Shown piece by piece: positions 59,545 to 64,000 of a DNA stretch of 64,000 nucleotides. The position numbers and the translations under genes were made by a program. The notes beneath the pieces were generated by a model that was not told the origin of the DNA, did no database searches, and saw only the letters and a list, made by a program, of their open reading frames with translations. Origin of the DNA: Selaginella moellendorffii (lineage: Eukaryota > Plantae > Lycopodiophyta); contig NW_003314294.1 of assembly GCF_000143415.4 (NCBI RefSeq), positions 119,402 through 183,401 on the forward strand. Direction: 5' to 3'. Numbering within the stretch: position 1 is the first letter of the stretch; the number at the start of each line of letters is the position of its first letter.

Positions 59545-60170
59545 CGGCTCCTTTCAAACCGTGTGACAAGATTTCGTGTGGAATCCAAGCAGCAGTATAA
59601 CTGGATAACTGCAGTTCCACGTATAAGTGCGTCAAGGCAAACGCTAGCCAGCTCGCTTATGACAAGTTCCACCAGATGCAAAGGCATGGCCACGATCCCG
59701 ATGGCATTGTTCTTGGCGGTCTCTGCAAGGCCCGAAACCTGGACAAGGCCAAGGAGATCCTTGATCAGCTCGGGAGAGTGGAGTGAACCTCAACGTGATA
59801 ACTTACAGCATCGTGATCCAAGGCGTCGAGGGTGGACGAGACTCTGGAGATAGCGGTTTTCCAGACGTGGTGACTTTCAATAGCTTGCTCAAGGGGCTGT
59901 GCTTGCCTAGAGGATGAGCGACTTTCGTACTCTTAGAGTATACGTGATGAGGAAAGTAACCCCGCTCACTGCCACGTACAGACATTTGAACGAGCAGCTA
60001 TGCAGAACCGTGATACTAGTCAAGTGTCGTGCAAAACTTTTGAGGAGATGATAATCTCGCAACCAAGTGCCGAGCTTTTCAACATGCTGTGTTCCAAAGA
60101 ATGAAGAGCATGAAGGGGTTTTGCACACACAAAATTATGGTGAACAGCAGCTGATAGTGAAGGAGATGGC
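59545..60170 (+). pseudogene. P-class PPR pseudogene, related to 56680-56870
   Basis: GGLCKARNLDKAKE, NVITYSIVIQG and PDVVTFNSLLKGLC; DNA similarity to 56690-56860. Confidence 0.72.
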
Positions 60171-60495
60171 CAACTAGGCCTATCACCTCCCTCCCTCCAT
60201 GAATTATGAAAAAGACATTAGTTATAAAAATTTATAAGTGAAATACTTTTAGAATGTACAAACTACCCTTCTTTTAGTACAACGTTTTGCAAATAAACCT
60301 TTATGACATAGAAAAAAAATCAAACATTATTTATTCCATAGTTATTTTATTGTTGAAAAGATGAAGTTTTTAATTTTGTTTTATATATTTATTTTTTTTA
60401 AATTTTTTTTAAAAATTCATATAATGAATCAATTAGAAAATTATTTAAAAAAATATTAAAACTTCATCTCAAGATATTTAGTTACTATTTTAAAT

Positions 60496-60618
<123 letters not shown>

Positions 60619-60695
60619 GAATTTAGCATAATTTGCACTGATACTATCTCAATATTATCCTTTCATCTCTTTTAACCACTAGCTCTTTAAACATC

Positions 60696-61133
60696 TCAAT
60701 CAAATAAAATTGTTGACAAATTTGCAATTGGGCCAAAGTTTAAAAGTTCATCCCTTCGATGCTCTACTCTCAAACGTAATGATTGATCATCCAAAGTAAC
60801 AAAGCCTCCTGATTCAAAATTAGAAAGACAACTTCTCCATATATAAATAACAGCCTCTTTAAAATCACTTTTTGTTAATAGGTGGCAGCGTCTAACTCTG
60901 AAAAAACAACCCAAACTTCCAACTCTAGCAGTATAATATCCTGTTGTTGAACTAGCAACAAATCTTAACCATACCAAACTTATACACATACAATAATCCT
61001 CAAGACTTGTTTGTGTACGAAATGTTGTAATGCAGGTTTCATAAAATCCAGTGGAATAAGAGTGTGTTTTTCCAAAACAACTAAATAAAAATATAATAAA
61101 AAATACAAACATTAGGGATATATCAAATTTCAT
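60696..61133 (-). CDS. Small secreted Cys-containing protein of unknown family, intronless
   Basis: Intact 145-aa ORF in AT-rich DNA, with a signal peptide (MKFDISLMFVFFIIFLFSCFG), six Cys in the mature region and a TATATA ~40 bp upstream. Confidence 0.7.
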   Translation of the reverse strand: MKFDISLMFVFFIIFLFSCFGKTHSYSTGFYETCITTFRTQTSLEDYCMCISLVWLRFVASSTTGYYTARVGSLGCFFRVRRCHLLTKSDFKEAVIYIWRSCLSNFESGGFVTLDDQSLRLRVEHRRDELLNFGPIANLSTILFD

Positions 61134-61434
61134 AACTATAGCCTATAGAATTAATATTAATCTTTGAGGGCTATATAAAGTCCAAGTAATAGGACAAAGG
61201 TTTTGACAATAAAGTCTATTTTTTATTTTTTCTGTCTATTTTCTGCAAAATAATATTTTATAGTAAAATCTATTTTTTATTGCTTAAAAAATTTAGAGTT
61301 TATCAAAATATTAGTGTCAATTAACAAAAGGTTAAAATTTTTAAAGAATTTCTTTCCCAAGTTAAATGCATTTTCTCAATGGTGAATGCCATTGAGAACT
61401 TTTATTTTATTATAATTGTTAAAGAGTTATTTTA

Positions 61435-61574
61435 TGTAGCACACTTTATCTCTCTCCTCTTAAACAATTAGAAAAGGGCAATTGCTTGACGAGAGAGTTT
61501 TTAATGGTTAATTTTTCCCTATTTATCTATCAAGGTTCCAGTGATAGTATATTCAAATTTCATTTTATAATCAC
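61435..61574 (-). mobile_element. LTR fragment of the same family as 42391-42543
   Basis: TGTAGC.CAC.TTATCTCTCTCCT...TAGAAAAG.GGCAATTGCTT...CAAGGTTCCA...GTGATAGTATATTCAAAT is shared by both sites. Confidence 0.75.
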
Positions 61575-61599
61575 TTTTGTTACATTTTATTTTCTATTT

Positions 61600-64000
61600 T
61601 TCTTTAATTTTTTAATCTTAAATGGTGAGTCTAGTGTCTAAGAGCTTGATTGTATTGAGTCTCTTATTTATCTCATAGTGGCTAAACTATTTTATAATAG
61701 GCTATTTCCTTTTATCTACTTTTTATACTTGGATAAAGTCTTTTATAATATGCAATATTATAAAAGAATGCTTCCTTCATCGTTTCCTCTTTCACATTTC
61801 GTCTTTTATATTATTTTTTCCTCAATTTTTCTTGCTTCTTTTATTTGCTAAATGTTTTTAAAAAAATTACCTAAGAGGAGGGGGTAGAAGGGATGGATAG
61901 AAGTCCAGCCTCAATAATGGAGTTAGGATGAACAACAATTATAATAAACTAAAGATGAATAATATGAATTATGGAATGAGGATAATTGTGAAATGAGTTT
62001 TAATGGTGACAAAGTGAGGCTAAACAAATATTATTATGGAGTGAGAGGGAATATATATGGTGGAGTGAGGAGAAACATAATGAATCTAGACTAAAGTGGT
62101 ATTTAAGAATTTTATTTTCTTTTAAGGAGGGGATAAGGAATATATTGTAAGAAGCAAACTCCCCAAAGTGTCATTAGCTAAAGGATCCTATAATTATAAT
62201 TAAAATAATAAAGAGTTTAGACTAAATATATCTGAGGCTCAATATATTTAAAGCTAGATATATTCAAGGCCAGATATGTCTCAATCCAAATTTTAATACA
62301 TATCATAGAGTGAAAGCCCAAAACACTTGTTTCCAAGGGTGAGGGGGAAGGGGAAGAAGGGGGAAAAAATGGAGGAGGTTGTGGGGTCTTTCAAAAGTAT
62401 AATAGAGGTTAAAGATTTAGTCTTGAAAGAACTCTCAAAAGGTATTTTTAAAATATATTAAGGTCAGTGAGTATGGATTTGAGGGGTGCCAAGAAAACCT
62501 TTCAAGAAAGTGCTTAAAAATAACTCCACTCCCAAAAAGAAAATTAATTACAATGTTTTTAGTTACTATAGAGTGGTGCCCCATTTAAGTACCATAAGGC
62601 TTATTAATCTTTACTCTTATATAAGGGGCTTGGACCTTCCTTTTGGATTTAAGATGGAAATATTAAATTCAAAAGTTTACATTTGGTATTAAAAAGGGTT
62701 TATATTTAACTTTGTTAGTTAACTAGAGGAATGTTGATATTGATATCTAGTGGTCCAATTTGTTCTGCTAGATTAGATTAGAAAAGTAAAATGTTAAGAG
62801 AGTCTCTTAAGAGAGCTATGACTCTCAACTTCTATTCATGACTATAGTATATGTGATTTTCACCTTTTAGCCTTCACAAAAAAAGGGACTGATACATAAA
62901 ATGATACAATTTAAAAAATAAAAGAATAAAAGCACAAAGCAACATTAGAATAGTTCTGAAGTATTTAACATCTCAATGCTAAGATTAATATGTAAAATAG
63001 TGCCAAATGGAATTTAACACTATTTTAGCATACTGGTGGAGCAGAAAGCTAGACTATGCCTTAAGTTAATCGCCCATGCTCAACTTACCCACTATTTGTA
63101 GTATATATTTGGAACCCTTTATAACCCCCACCCCACCACAATGTGAACTTGTAGAAAAGTATAGTAAATTATAAATAACCAAAGAAAATGAGTTAAGAGA
63201 TGGTTTATTACGATTTAAAAATATAAGGAAAAAAAGAGTGTACCTCTTTGTTTTGGACATTTGGGGTTAAAAGTTTTTGGGTTTGAGTAATATTAGGTTT
63301 TGAGTAGTATTAAGTTGAATGACCTCCCAGAAAGTTTAAATTCAGAAACTTTGGAAAATTAACTATATAGAAAGTTCAAATTTAAGAATTTACTCTTTGG
63401 CAAACTATAACCAAAGCAAATGTAGTTAGATAAACAAAGTAAGATGGAATATTGAAAAGGGAAAATATGGTTAGATAAGCAAGGTAAACTAGGAAATTGC
63501 AAAAGAAAAATTTATGGCTAAAACAAGCTTTTTATATGTGATGCTAGACAAGGTGTCAAACTTTTTATATATAATGCTGGACAAAGACAAAATAGTGAGT
63601 ATAAGTTAGCAATGGTCACTTGAAAGGAAGATACATAGATATGTTTTGTTGTTCATTTAAGTTAACAATGGTTTCAAAGGTTGATTTAGAAATTTCCTAT
63701 AACACTATTTTGTGGATTGCAATTCCCCACAAAGTCCCTTACTTTAGATCAACATTATGATTTCAATGTTTGATTTGAATGGTTAGCAATTGCACACCCC
63801 CTGGAGTTCACTATAGTCAAATATATTGACTTAGGCATATGCACTTTACTTTAGATAACATGGTATACTTAGGGGTGAAAGTAAGTATGTACCTAGGGTA
63901 AATCCAATTCTTATAGGGCAAGTAAGTAAAAAATCTTTCAATCTCACTTATGATTCTCTTTTTTAAGTATTTAGAATTTTTCTAGTTGAATAGGAGGTTT
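61600..64000. mobile_element. Heavily decayed, AT-rich, CpG-poor transposon debris, probably LTR-derived
   Basis: Purine tracts, CpG depletion and no long ORF; identity not resolved. Confidence 0.35.

Noticed and set aside
63790-63910. Possible chromodomain relic of a chromovirus
   Set aside because: Too decayed to support.

Overview
Gene-dense eukaryotic land-plant nuclear DNA with very short (~50 nt) GT-AG introns. The compactness, many PPR relics, dirigent-like genes and an ERK7-type MAPK suggest a seed-free plant, most likely the lycophyte Selaginella (inference). Positions 1-21 kb are a tightly packed housekeeping block: ALG1, ERK7/MAPK15, a chimeric PPR, tRNA-Asp, a TEL/MEI2-like RRM gene, a KASH-like gene, VDAC, CCT8, LTPG, TRAPPC12 and a peroxisomal carrier. 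Positions 21-30 kb hold local duplications and an RT-less Gypsy element. Positions 30-36 kb carry a GRP, CRSH and an ARM-TPR gene, followed by an N gap. Positions 37-46 kb hold dirigent and GRAS pseudogenes and AT-rich TE debris. Positions 46.6-54.4 kb form a second dense block (GDSL, PHD-telobox Myb, PNO1, dirigent, B3, F-box). Positions 54.5-64 kb are PPR/GSH1 relics and AT-rich TE debris. The most notable signals are (1) two intact, intronless, secreted, microbial-looking small genes in AT-rich islands, one resembling Bacillus YvgO, both downstream of the same LTR family; (2) a 38-bp head-to-head spacer made of inverted telo-boxes next to a telobox-Myb gene; (3) a PPR fused to an FGxHKG domain; and (4) a putative divergent KASH protein. 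All family assignments come from recalled motifs; no database search was run.
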